From Planctomycetota bacterium (lineage in GTDB: Bacteria; Planctomycetota; JACOTG01; JAJDCM01): a stretch of 64,000 nt of DNA. Within the stretch, counting starts at the first letter, position 1. The number at the start of each line of letters is the position of its first letter. Below are positions 1 through 9,257 of this stretch, piece after piece. The notes under the pieces are model-generated. The model did no database searches, was not told where the DNA came from, and saw only the letters and a program-made list of their open reading frames with translations. The position numbers were made by a program, and so were the translations under genes. Where the stretch lies: positions 8,456-72,455 of the forward strand of contig JAJDCM010000367.1 of the NCBI GenBank assembly GCA_029260825.1. Direction: 5' to 3'.

Positions 1-1
1 T

Positions 2-247
2 AAAGAAATCAGCAGCTCCGAGTGTTTCCCAGTGAGACGGAAGAAATTGGCTCCAAGAAGTCTTCTTCGACCTCTCTGGAGCGGGCTCGATCCCGCTGTC
101 CTTCAGGACCTTCTTCACTGTGTTGTGAGCAACGCTATGACCGAGCTCGGAAAGTGCACCCTGAATCCTTCGATAGCCCCAACTGGGACTCTCTTTGGCC
201 ACCTTGACGATGAGCCGGGCAATCTCCTTCATGATCCCCGGACGGCC
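2..247 (-). mobile_element. Integrase-core/transposase fragment (HTH-like middle part), runs off the window start
   Basis: Not in the ORF track. The minus strand reads GRPGIMKEIARLIVKVAKESPSWGYRRIQGALSELGHSVAHNTVKKVLKDSGIEPAPERSKKTSWSQFLPSHWETLGAADFF, with the typical WGYRRIQGAL...W..FL..H......DFF signature. The upstream N-terminus is missing. Confidence 0.85.
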
Positions 248-529
248 AAGCCCGTAGCGCCCTTCAGCTCGTAGCGGCCATCAGGAATCGGAGTCAGGAG
301 GCCTTTCATCCACTCGACATAACCTTCGAGCAATGTGATCTCGGCCAGCGCACGAGAATGATGCCCCCTCCGTGCACCACTCCCTGCAAACCTCCCAACC
401 CCACATTCCGTGGCGAGCGATCTGACTGGCACAACGGATTTCATAGATTACCCGGAGCTCGACCTCAGAGGAATCCTAATCCTTGTCTAGTACTGATGTG
501 AAACCACAGCCAACCCGCTGGGTTCCATT

Positions 530-1270
530 GTGATCATCGCAGGAGCGATCCTGTGTGCAGCCTCAGTCCTGGCCCCCTCGTTCGGGACAACAATCCTCAG
601 AGCCGCCGGGGTGTTGATCCTTCTCGCCATCCTCTCCCGAAAGAACCAGGCCGTTCTGGTCTCTGGATTCACACTCTGCGCAGCTCTGCTTGCCCTGATA
701 TATCCTGAAGGCGTCTACTGGCCGATCCACCTCGTCGTCCCCCTGACTGGCTACAGTATCCTGGCCGCGGCTTGGCCCAAGATGAGATCATCAATTCAAT
801 GGCCACGGCTCGGGCAGTGGACTATCGGCGTGAAGCTGCTTGTTGTCGCCGTGGTTCTCCTGTCCACCGCGGGACTGCTTGGTTGGTACCTGCTCGCCCA
901 ACCCAATCTCTCGGAACTCCGGGGCACGATCTCGGGTGTACCGGGTTGGGCAATCCTGTTGGCAGGTCTTGGATTTGCAGCGACAAACGCGGCCTTGGAA
1001 GAAGCCATCTTCCGAGGGGTGTTTCAAGACGCATTCGAAAGTGCGGCGGGAAAAACCTGGCTTGCCGTTGTGCTTCAGGCGACCCTTTTCGGCGTGTACC
1101 ACTACAGCGCTACCTCCGTGCCCGACGGCGTCATCGGGGTCGTGCTGACATTTGCGTACGGGATCATGCTCGGTTACTTACGCGTGGCTGCAAACGGCCT
1201 CATGGCCCCCTGGGTGGCGCATACGATCGCCGATGCGGTGGTGTTTGCGCTGATCATGGGGAACCGATAA
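530..1270 (+). CDS. CPBP family intramembrane glutamic endopeptidase (CAAX protease/Abi)
   Basis: Multi-TM protein with EEAIFRG, FGVYH and HTIAD motifs. Confidence 0.85.
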   Translation: MIIAGAILCAASVLAPSFGTTILRAAGVLILLAILSRKNQAVLVSGFTLCAALLALIYPEGVYWPIHLVVPLTGYSILAAAWPKMRSSIQWPRLGQWTIGVKLLVVAVVLLSTAGLLGWYLLAQPNLSELRGTISGVPGWAILLAGLGFAATNAALEEAIFRGVFQDAFESAAGKTWLAVVLQATLFGVYHYSATSVPDGVIGVVLTFAYGIMLGYLRVAANGLMAPWVAHTIADAVVFALIMGNR

Positions 1271-1325
1271 CCCCCGCACCATCTCCAGCACATCCCGGCA
1301 GAATGCCCGGCAATCACGGTGCGTC
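1271..1325 (+). repeat. 55-bp dispersed repeat, copy 1
   Basis: CCCCCGCACCATCTCCAGCACATCCCGGCAGAATGCCCGGCAATCACGGTGCGTC matches 4573-4626 with 5 substitutions and 1 indel. Confidence 0.8.
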
Positions 1326-1341
1326 ACGCTGTAGGCACAGA

Positions 1342-2094
1342 TCATGTCCCGGTTTCGACGGAGGTTTCCCAGCCGTCGTACAGACCGTCATGCTCGGCGG
1401 CGAGATCGTACAGCTCGAGGACAGCGTTGTTGATCGTCACACTGTCGACCGCACTGACACGAGCGATCTGGAGGGCGAAAGGCCGATCCCCGCTCCCTTC
1501 ATCCCGCTCCTCCTGACTGGAGTAGCCCCTCTCAATAACGCCAGCCAAAAACCGAGAGCGATTCTCGGAGGATCCGAAGTAGAGCCAGTGACAAATTTCT
1601 CGTTCGATCGCGTGGTCGTCTCCCTGGGATTCCAGCTGCTCGAGGACTCGATAATTCTGGATCACCTGCATCTCACGGGGAGATGGATAGAGAAAACTGA
1701 GATAGGTGGACCACTCCGGATCCTCTCCGCTACCTGTCTCGAACTCGTAGTCCGAATAGGCGACCATCACGGACGAGAGGAGGGCCTCCGTGCGGCGACC
1801 GTTCACGCAGTAGAGATAGAAATCTCGACAGCCGTCGCACGTGTTCCGACCCACGTAGACGATCGTTGAATCCGCTGCTACCGCTTCGGTCAGGTCGTCC
1901 TCGATCTTCACGAGCTGCTTGAATTCGGCCTCGCTCGACAGCCCGTCTTCTCGGGGGTTTCGCATGTAGAGGCGAAGCCAGGCCATCTCGGAGAGGCCTT
2001 CGATCGGGGCCTCCGACACGACCCCCAGATCGATGAACAAAGACGCCGGCTTGTGGTCCACGTTGCAGAAGTAGAAGTCCCATTCCTTGCTCAT
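1342..2094 (-). CDS. DUF695 domain protein with C-terminal RraB-like domain
   Basis: MSKEWDFYFCNVDHKPASLFIDL...YVGRNT...DPEWSTYLSFLYP...QGDDHAIEREICHWLYF...GLYDGWET. The frame is open to 2307; the start was chosen at the family-like N-terminus. Confidence 0.75.
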   Translation of the reverse strand: MSKEWDFYFCNVDHKPASLFIDLGVVSEAPIEGLSEMAWLRLYMRNPREDGLSSEAEFKQLVKIEDDLTEAVAADSTIVYVGRNTCDGCRDFYLYCVNGRRTEALLSSVMVAYSDYEFETGSGEDPEWSTYLSFLYPSPREMQVIQNYRVLEQLESQGDDHAIEREICHWLYFGSSENRSRFLAGVIERGYSSQEERDEGSGDRPFALQIARVSAVDSVTINNAVLELYDLAAEHDGLYDGWETSVETGT

Positions 2095-2387
2095 AGGCCT
2101 ATTGTCCGGCAGGAACCGGAGTTCATCAACTGAGAGTTTCTTCCAGTACATCCCGATGATTATAGGGATGAGGAAGATCCCAATAGCCACGGGGCATCCT
2201 AGTCCTTTGGTTTTTTCGTTCATCGTTCGATTTGACTTTGCCGTTAACCTAGCACGATTCGTCAATTGTCGCCGGGAGGCAGGCACAGCACAAAACTCTG
2301 GGCTCATTGATCGAGCGAATTTGAGTAGTTCTCCTGTGGCTCCCGATTATTCTTCATCCCTACACCTCTTGCACTTACGACGATCAT

Positions 2388-2660
2388 GCAGCGCCACAAT
2401 CTCCTTGGCAAAATCCGTACGCGGAAAGAATGATCGGCACCCTCCGGCGAGAGATCCTCAACCACGTTATCGTGCTCGGTGAGAATCACCTCCGGCGGAT
2501 CGTTTCAAGATATTTGAATTATTATCACGAAGTGCGGCCACATCTCTCGTTGGACCGGAACTCTCCGATTCCGCCGAGGGTTGACCCGCCAGGAAACGGA
2601 CAAGTGAATTCCACGCCGATGGTCGGTGGCCTTCATCATCGGTACACGCGAGCTGCGTAA
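2388..2660 (+). mobile_element. Integrase core domain, C-terminal fragment (transposase remnant)
   Basis: APQSPWQNPYAERMIGTLRREILNHVIVLGENHLRR...YYHEVRPHLSL...GGLHHRYTRAA. The N-terminal part is absent. Confidence 0.9.
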
Positions 2661-2847
2661 CGATCCCAATTCAACGAATCACCTCGGTCACTCCCCCGGG
2701 ACTCCATGCGCACTTTCCCGCCCAAGGCCTCTGACGACTTGACTCCTGGACAAATGAAGGTTCATCCAACCATCGGAGCTACCGCGTCGCCAAATGGCAG
2801 GTCAACGCTGGGCTCCTTTCGGTCCGGATGGCATTATCGGGAGGGAC

Positions 2848-2908
2848 AGGAGAACCGCGTTTTCAAAGAGCAACTCCGAGGAAAACGACTCACGGCTCAC
2901 CAACGATC
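2848..2908 (+). pseudogene. Short N-terminal scrap of the same integrase/transposase family
   Basis: QENRVFKEQLRGKRL followed, after a frameshift, by RLTND. This resembles the ENRVLKEQL.GKRLRLTDDQ N-terminus of this family. Confidence 0.55.
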
Positions 2909-3355
2909 TCACAACCTACCAGCCTTGCGTTCCCTCTTCACAGCCTCGACAACCAACGGATTTGAGAGATCTCGGTGCCACCAATGCGTGCACTCTTTTT
3001 CATTCGCTCGTCTTCTATTGTCAGCAATTCTGAAGAGATACAGAAGCAATAGAAAGGAATCTTCCGCATCTGTTCCTTTCAACGAGACAAGTTTTTGGAG
3101 CACTTCGTTATTAACGCCCTTTCGAAGAATCACACAAACACTGCGTGTGGCCTTTATCGGAGCTGCTGAGATCGTAGCCTCCATGTCTTGGTTACTCGCC
3201 GAAGCCTGCTGCACTAGTTCACAAACGTTGCGCAATAGTGAAGGAACTTCTTCGGGCTTCCTCGCCAAGTATATTTTTTGAATCGCCTGATCATCAACAA
3301 CTCCCTGCGCCCATTGATTAATGAGGATTTCCTCATCGATTGAGAGGTAATTCAT
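2909..3355 (-). CDS. DUF5958-like hypothetical protein
   Basis: EEILINQWAQG...LFRIADNRRR...CTHWWHRDL; GGGGA upstream of the ATG at 3355. Confidence 0.6.
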   Translation of the reverse strand: MNYLSIDEEILINQWAQGVVDDQAIQKIYLARKPEEVPSLLRNVCELVQQASASNQDMEATISAAPIKATRSVCVILRKGVNNEVLQKLVSLKGTDAEDSFLLLLYLFRIADNRRRANEKECTHWWHRDLSNPLVVEAVKRERKAGRL

Positions 3356-3521
3356 TGCATCCCCTGGGAGTGAATGTGATGTGAGCTCGCCAGTTCCAGA
3401 ATGTCCGAATATCCTGACAGACATCAATCCGGTGCGTCGGTTGCCCGGATCCTGCTCAGGCACTATGATAGACGTGACGTTAGGTTCTGGCTATGTCGTT
3501 TCAAGAACCATCGAGAAACCC

Positions 3522-3851
3522 ATGCATGAATGGTCCAATGACCCAACCCAAAGCTCTGATCTCGCCCAATACATACGCAAGCACCATTCCGACCTCTATT
3601 CCGCAAATGAAACCCAAGCCCTTAAGACAGCGATTCTACTGTTCAAGCAGCCATCACGGATTAACCTAATGGGCAACTTCGAGGTCACGCGCAATTCCGC
3701 TTCGCTCATCGTGGACGCCGTCCTGGAAAAAGCGGGAAGAAGAATCCTCAGCGAGTCCCGAGATGCGATGCGTCTTCCCTTCTGCCCAAAGCGCAGCGGG
3801 ATCCTTTGCAGTCCCAAGGCGCGGCAATGCCTCGCCTGCGGACATGATTGA
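3522..3851 (+). pseudogene. Hypothetical protein with degenerate C-terminal zinc ribbon, probably decayed
   Basis: Ends CPKRSGILCSPKARQCLACGHD*H. Similar proteins, as I recall them, end CPxC...CxxCGHDWH, which suggests C>R and TGG>TGA changes. Confidence 0.4.
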
Positions 3852-3973
3852 CATGCAGAATAGCGGAAAGGGCAAACCCCAAACGGTTGCCATCTCCAGC
3901 ATATTTCCCACAGTCCTCGTTCTTGAGGAGAAAAATAGGGTAGCTTCAGGGTTTCTTACGTTATCATTCTTGC

Positions 3974-4444
3974 ATGAGTAGCTGGTCGAACCTTAGAAAA
4001 CTGATTCGCGAACGACTTCTGCCGGATCTCCAGAAGCAGGTGGATCTCCATTATACCGTCTACGAGGGAGGAGACGGCGAGGAGAAAAATTGGCGCTTTT
4101 GGGTCACCATTGAAGGAGAAGACGTATTCTCAACTGATTTCTGGGACTATTTCAAATCGGAGGATGTGATCAAGCGTGAGGAAAAACTCGGTCGCCCAGT
4201 TTATTATGACGAAGCGCGAGAGCTTGGCGCACGTGGGGTCGATGATTTCCTGGAGGCGTTGAAGAGTTATCTAAACCTCTCGATTGAGAATGCTCGCAGC
4301 TCGCGGGAACCGATCATTCGCGCTCTCTCTATCATTGACAAGCGAACCGGAAAGAACACCTTCGAAAGGCTCACAATTCCTCCCGGTGAACACGGCTTGG
4401 TAACGGCATTCTACGAACTCCGACGAAAGCTGAACAAAAGATAG
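3974..4444 (+). CDS. SF0329-like conserved hypothetical protein
   Basis: WSNLRK...VDLHYTVY...WVTIEG...YLNLSIE...IIRALSIIDKRTGK pattern. Confidence 0.6.
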   Translation: MSSWSNLRKLIRERLLPDLQKQVDLHYTVYEGGDGEEKNWRFWVTIEGEDVFSTDFWDYFKSEDVIKREEKLGRPVYYDEARELGARGVDDFLEALKSYLNLSIENARSSREPIIRALSIIDKRTGKNTFERLTIPPGEHGLVTAFYELRRKLNKR

Positions 4445-4572
4445 CTCAGCGGTTGGAGCGTATAGAGCTTGCTGCCTATGGCCGTCTGACCGAAGGAAAA
4501 GCATTCCGTTTTCCGAGCATCGAGGCCCGCAAACTACCCGGCCTCCGCCCCGCTCGCGCCATCGACCGCTGA

Positions 4573-4626
4573 CCCCCGCACCTCTCCAGCACATCCCCGC
4601 AGAATTCCCAGCAGTCACAGTGCGTC
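4573..4626 (+). repeat. 55-bp dispersed repeat, copy 2
   Basis: CCCCCGCACCTCTCCAGCACATCCCCGCAGAATTCCCAGCAGTCACAGTGCGTC, in direct orientation to 1271-1325. Confidence 0.8.
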
Positions 4627-4707
4627 TTGTGACCAAGTGGTCGCGTTGCAAGAACTACCGGGATAGTACTCCTCACCGCTCTTCACTCAGGCCTAGAAAT
4701 CCACCGA

Positions 4708-5097
4708 ATGCCATGCTCTCCGAAAATTGAGCATGTCCTACTCATTCACAAGCGAATGATCAAAGAGCTCGGCAGTGCCTCAGAAATCCGGGCCACTGGC
4801 CTCTTGGAGTCCGCCGTCAAGATGCCGTCAGCTCAGTTCGACGGGGAGTTCCTTCATGAAACCATTGCGGTTATGGGAGCCGCTTATCTCTTTCATTTGT
4901 GCAAGAATCATCCCTTTGCGGACGGCAACAAGCACACTGCCCTCGCCGCGGCTGAGTTGTTCATCTTGCTCAACGGCTTGGAACTGCAAGCTACGAACAA
5001 ACAGCTCGAAAAACTCACAGTTGGTGTAGCAACGGGAGAGCACTCCAAAGAACATGCCTCTGGATTCTTTTCCGATCATGTCGTCAAGCCGAAATAG
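4708..5097 (+). CDS. doc: Fic/Doc family (death-on-curing) toxin, variant motif
   Basis: GLLESAV...AAYLFHLCKNHPFADGNKHTA; the canonical Doc motif is HxFxDGNKR. Confidence 0.8.
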   Translation: MPCSPKIEHVLLIHKRMIKELGSASEIRATGLLESAVKMPSAQFDGEFLHETIAVMGAAYLFHLCKNHPFADGNKHTALAAAELFILLNGLELQATNKQLEKLTVGVATGEHSKEHASGFFSDHVVKPK

Positions 5098-5140
5098 CAC
5101 TAAATACTACTACCGCGCCCTCTTGGTTTTCTCGCCCGCA

Positions 5141-5647
5141 TCAAATCACTTTGACCTCCTCCTCCCATTCGACCCCCTCGTCAGGAACCGGGAGAGCTCG
5201 AACGGTGAGAACCGGAACAGGGCTTTTCCGCACGACTTTCTCGGCCGTGCTTCCAAAAAGAACGTGCTTCAAACCGGTGTGGCCATGAGTGGCAATCACG
5301 ACAAGGTCAATGTCCAACCTTTCGATTTGCCTCAGGATTTCTGCGACCGCATTTTCGGCCTCTACGACAGTGACCTCAAAGGGCACCTCTCCAAGACGAT
5401 CCTTGATCCTGTCCTGGATTTTCTCCTTCATGACCTTCCTGTTGTTCACCGCGATTTCCGCGATGTTCGTCGGCACCACCATGCCTCCGTACGGTGACAC
5501 GCAGGTCACGGCCAGAGGGATCACCGAAAGAAAAACAAGCTGACTCTCACCAGGAACGGCCATCGCCAGCGCCGGTTCCAAGGCGGCAAAAGAGCAGTCC
5601 GATCCATCGGTGGTCACGAGAATCTTCTTCGCAACGCTCTTCATCAC
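5141..5647 (-). CDS. Universal stress protein
   Basis: KILVTTDGS...IDLVVIATHGHTG...FGSTAEKVVRKSPVPVL; GGAGGAG RBS. Confidence 0.92.
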   Translation of the reverse strand: MMKSVAKKILVTTDGSDCSFAALEPALAMAVPGESQLVFLSVIPLAVTCVSPYGGMVVPTNIAEIAVNNRKVMKEKIQDRIKDRLGEVPFEVTVVEAENAVAEILRQIERLDIDLVVIATHGHTGLKHVLFGSTAEKVVRKSPVPVLTVRALPVPDEGVEWEEEVKVI

Positions 5648-5737
5648 TCTCCTCCGTTCCTGCCATCAAAGGCACTCTGGTTTCGACGCACTCTCTCAAG
5701 CTACGAGTTGCCCGATATCGCTACCGGCAAGAGTGGA

Positions 5738-6226
5738 CTACCTTCCATCAAGAGGACCAATCGCCTGGGAGGCTCGCCATCGCTGGGCGTCGACATCAAG
5801 GTCATCGGGAAGCGAGAGGCTCCTGATCGTAAGCACGGGAACAGGACTTCTACGGACCAATGCCTCGGCCTTACTTCCGATGAGAACTTGCGAGAGCCCT
5901 GACCAACCGTGAGTGGCCGTTACCACGAGGTCGGCTTTCAGTCGTCGAATACTCACCAGGAGCTCAGAGACAACTCGAGAGGACGTCTCAACCACGATCT
6001 CGATCGGCCGATCAGGCCTCGCCCCGCCCATGGTCAGAGCACGGTTTTCAATCTTCTTCTTCGCGATCTGGAGATTGACTTCGGGTCTCTTCGACGGCGC
6101 GCAAACATGGAGGACGATGAGCTCCGCGCCCCATCGATTCGCAAGCGTAACCGCAGGACCCCACGCTCTCCAGGAGACGTCGGAGAGATCAGTAGTAAGA
6201 ACGATTCGTTTGATGCTGAAGGACAT
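5738..6226 (-). CDS. Universal stress protein
   Basis: RIVLTTDLS...ADLVVTATHG...IGSKAEALVRRSPVPVL; AAGGAGG RBS. Confidence 0.9.
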   Translation of the reverse strand: MSFSIKRIVLTTDLSDVSWRAWGPAVTLANRWGAELIVLHVCAPSKRPEVNLQIAKKKIENRALTMGGARPDRPIEIVVETSSRVVSELLVSIRRLKADLVVTATHGWSGLSQVLIGSKAEALVRRSPVPVLTIRSLSLPDDLDVDAQRWRASQAIGPLDGR

Positions 6227-6299
6227 GTGCCACCTCCTTGAAATGCCGTGCCACTACGAATCAACAACATCAGTTTAGATGAAAGACAAGCCCCCTTCC

Positions 6300-6313
6300 T
6301 TGACACCGATCAA
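6300..6313. promoter_or_regulatory. FNR-type box
   Basis: TTGAC-ACCG-ATCAA, 74 bp upstream of the usp start. Confidence 0.7.
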
Positions 6314-6438
6314 ATCCCAATAATCGTGTCCGCACTCCTGCTCATGGAGAGAGACCTCAGCCCTGACCCTTCCCGGCTTCATCGAGAGTCCAGGACTATC
6401 AGCACACAGAACGAACTCAGTGGAGTTGTGGCGTCACA

Positions 6439-6452
6439 TTGACCAGGATCAA
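6439..6452. promoter_or_regulatory. FNR-type box
   Basis: TTGAC-CAGG-ATCAA in the usp/kynA divergent region. Confidence 0.65.
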
Positions 6453-6530
6453 GGACCGTGGCCCCAGAATCCGTTTAATCTCCTGATCCGAATCCTGGCG
6501 AGTACTGGTCGGTGCGGCATCTATGGACAC

Positions 6531-6710
6531 CTAGCCCGGATTATTCACGAGTTTGGCGAGAATCGCCCCAGGTCGCCACTGGCTGCGTCGTTACGGCAAT
6601 TTCGATCCTCGATGTGTCTCTAAACACGCCTGCGGTCGAAATCACCTAGACTCCTTGCCAGAAACGACCTGGAACAATTCTCCCTCAAACTCGTGAATAA
6701 TCCGGGCTAG
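6531..6710. mobile_element. MITE-like element, 180 bp
   Basis: Perfect 25-bp inverted ends CTAGCCCGGATTATTCACGAGTTTG (6531-6555) and its reverse complement (6686-6710). The repeat extends imperfectly to about 45 bp. The terminal CTAG could be a target duplication. No transposase inside. Confidence 0.85.
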
Positions 6711-6787
6711 TCCTCCCCCTTCCCCTTACCTGCGGAAGCTGGCTGGTACTCGCCTTTTCCCTTTCAATCTCCCTCAGGAGTCCTTCC

Positions 6788-7582
6788 ATGACCATCAAGG
6801 ATGATCTTGACTACTCGACCTATCTGGACGTCGATCACCTTCTTGCTCTCCAGAAAGTCCGCTCTGATCCTCCGGAGCATGACGAGATGCTATTCATCGT
6901 CATCCACCAGGTGTACGAGCTGTGGTTCAAGCTTCTCATTCACGAACTCGACAAGATCGGACAGGACTTCGACTCCAGTGACTTGACAGGAGCGACGAGC
7001 ACCTGGAAGCGCTGCTGCAAGATTCTCAAAGTTCTAGTTCACCAGCTCGATGTGCTGGAGACGATGACGCCGCTTTCATTCAAGAGCTTCCGGGATCGCC
7101 TCGACACCGCCTCCGGGTTTCAATCCCGGCAGTTTCGGGAGCTGGAGTTTTTCCTCGGGTACAAGCGCCAGGGGATGCTCAGGTTCTTTGGAGCGAACTC
7201 GGAAGATCGACGTCACGTCCAGCGACGCCTCGAGGAACCATCCCTGGTCGACCGCTTTCGCCGATTTCTTGAGCAGAGAGGCCTCTCTGCATCCAAAACG
7301 AACCGCCAAAATCCCGTGACTTCTCCCACTGGCCCAGACGCCCTCATCCAGGAACAGATCCTCCGGCTCTACCGAGCCGACGACGAGATGGTTCCTCTGT
7401 TCGAGCTGATGACCGACTTCGACGAAGGGCTTCAGGAATGGCGGTACAGGCACTACATGGTTGTCTTGCGAACCATCGGAGACCGAAAGGGAACCGGAGG
7501 ATCCGAGGGGGCCGGCTTTCTGAAGGAATCGCTATTTGCACCGATCTTCCCGGATCTCTGGGCGATTCGCGGCAGGATGTAG
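6788..7582 (+). CDS. kynA: Tryptophan 2,3-dioxygenase
   Basis: HDEMLFIVIHQVYELWFK, SGFQSRQFRELEF, WRYRH, GTGGSEG. Confidence 0.95.
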   Translation: MTIKDDLDYSTYLDVDHLLALQKVRSDPPEHDEMLFIVIHQVYELWFKLLIHELDKIGQDFDSSDLTGATSTWKRCCKILKVLVHQLDVLETMTPLSFKSFRDRLDTASGFQSRQFRELEFFLGYKRQGMLRFFGANSEDRRHVQRRLEEPSLVDRFRRFLEQRGLSASKTNRQNPVTSPTGPDALIQEQILRLYRADDEMVPLFELMTDFDEGLQEWRYRHYMVVLRTIGDRKGTGGSEGAGFLKESLFAPIFPDLWAIRGRM

Positions 7583-7648
7583 GAACCAGCTCCGGATCAC
7601 TCCCGGGAAACTCAAGGCATCATCATTCCAAGAGTTTCCCGCGATCGA

Positions 7649-9229
7649 TTAATCGTTCTCGAACCATGAATGCTCGGGACGTGAAAGGATCCCGTTGATG
7701 ACGCTCGACACCCGATCCGCAGCTTCGTCCTGACCATCCTCCCTGGCATGTTCAAGGATTTCCCGAGCCTGGGGGATCAGTTCCTGATAGAAGCGTTCGG
7801 CGACCTCGTACATCCCGTGCCAGTGAGTGTAATCGGGAGCCATCATGGACGCGCCATGTCGAGCCCGCCTTCCCTCATGATGCCAGAGGTAGAACCACGT
7901 CCACTCGATCTCCTCATCAAACTGCTTCTTGCTGATGAACTCCTCATCGCTCAACGCCTTCATGATCGCTTGTCCCGGTTTTGCAAACTTCTCATTGAAG
8001 AGGACAAGGAAGTCATCGTACTGGGAATAGAAGGCATCCACGTAGTCAGGAGTGTGGCAGTGAGTGCATACGTTTTTCATCCGTTTGCGCTTGTCGATGG
8101 CGAAGTCGTGGATGAGCGCCTTTCGCTTCACCGGGTCGGTTTCCTTCACGACCTTGCCGTTGATATCAGTATCAAGGACGAGACTCACCGGCGGTCGATT
8201 CGTCCACGAAATGCGCTCACCCGGGTCGTGGGTGACTTTCCCGCCATTTCTGGAATGTCCAGACATGTGACAAGTGGCACAAGTCGGGGCCTGGGCATAG
8301 TCTTCCCCCAAGACCCAGTCCTTGCCATCCAGGTTCATCTTGTCCTTCAGATCCCGGTAAGCAACTCCGTGCTTTGACTCCTCAAAGATCTCTTTCTGGG
8401 GATGATCGGGGCCGAGGTGGCACTTTGCGCAATTCTCCGGCTGCCGAGCCCGACGGGGCGAGAAGTCATGTCGGCTATGGCAAGCAGAGCAAGAGCCGCT
8501 GGATCCATCAAGGTTGAGCCGGCCGATACCTGTGTTGGGCCAGGTTCCAGGGTCGAATAGGGGTCGTCCATTCGCGTCGGTCTTGATCCGGGAGAGAGCC
8601 TCTACGTTGGTCGGAATCCCGTCGGGACCAGGTGCGAGATCATCGACCGTAATCGCCTGCCCCTCGGTCGCCTGGAGTGCCACCTTCGAGCCATGACATT
8701 GCTGGCATCCAAGAAGAGAGCTCGACATCCCGTTAACGGACTGAATATCGGGTCGCCCCGGCGTCGGCGAGTGAGGGTTAAAACTGCCTCGAAACCCCTC
8801 CACGGTCTCGGCAAGAAAGTTGTCAAGAGACGCAAGGATGTTTCCGCCAGCAGCATGATGGCTCTGCGCAAACTCCGCGGCTTCGGTTGGATGACACCGA
8901 CTACAGTCCAAAGGAGTGACGACGGTAGCAATATCCACACCGTAGTGATCAAACGTGTCGGGATCACTCTCGCCGCTCTGGTGACACTCGACACACCCCA
9001 CGCCCTTCTCGGCATGGGTGCTTCCTTCCCAGTGGGCGATGATCCCGGGATTCTGCTGCTGGTGACAGTCAACGCAGCTCCGGGAGCTGTCGGGGACCGA
9101 TATCGAGTGAGAGCTGAGACCCGTTTCCTCTCGACGCCTGACAACCTCGAGGAACTGAACAATCACCAGGGACGCCAGAAACAGCAGGCCCAGGATACCG
9201 ATAATTACCTTCTTGATCTCAAGGTTCAT
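7649..9229 (-). CDS. Membrane-anchored octaheme cytochrome c, hydroxylamine oxidoreductase (HAO) family
   Basis: N-terminal TM helix; eight CxxCH (CVDCH, CVECH, CSRCH, CQQCH, CSACH, CAKCH, CATCH, CTHCH); GPDHPQ and HHEGRRARHGASMMAPDYTHWHG. Confidence 0.9.
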   Translation of the reverse strand: MNLEIKKVIIGILGLLFLASLVIVQFLEVVRRREETGLSSHSISVPDSSRSCVDCHQQQNPGIIAHWEGSTHAEKGVGCVECHQSGESDPDTFDHYGVDIATVVTPLDCSRCHPTEAAEFAQSHHAAGGNILASLDNFLAETVEGFRGSFNPHSPTPGRPDIQSVNGMSSSLLGCQQCHGSKVALQATEGQAITVDDLAPGPDGIPTNVEALSRIKTDANGRPLFDPGTWPNTGIGRLNLDGSSGSCSACHSRHDFSPRRARQPENCAKCHLGPDHPQKEIFEESKHGVAYRDLKDKMNLDGKDWVLGEDYAQAPTCATCHMSGHSRNGGKVTHDPGERISWTNRPPVSLVLDTDINGKVVKETDPVKRKALIHDFAIDKRKRMKNVCTHCHTPDYVDAFYSQYDDFLVLFNEKFAKPGQAIMKALSDEEFISKKQFDEEIEWTWFYLWHHEGRRARHGASMMAPDYTHWHGMYEVAERFYQELIPQAREILEHAREDGQDEAADRVSSVINGILSRPEHSWFEND

Positions 9230-9257
9230 TCTTCACACTCGTTTGGTTGATTGTGGA

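Noticed and set aside
500-5100. Integron cassette array
   Set aside because: The genes are short and unrelated, and there is one GTTAGGT near 3480, but orientations are mixed, I found no paired RYYYAAC/GTTRRRY attC sites and there is no intI.
7649-9229. Evidence for ammonia oxidation or anammox
   Set aside because: No amo, cycA/cycB or hzs genes in the window, and the C-terminal motif looks like the non-oxidative HAO-like type.
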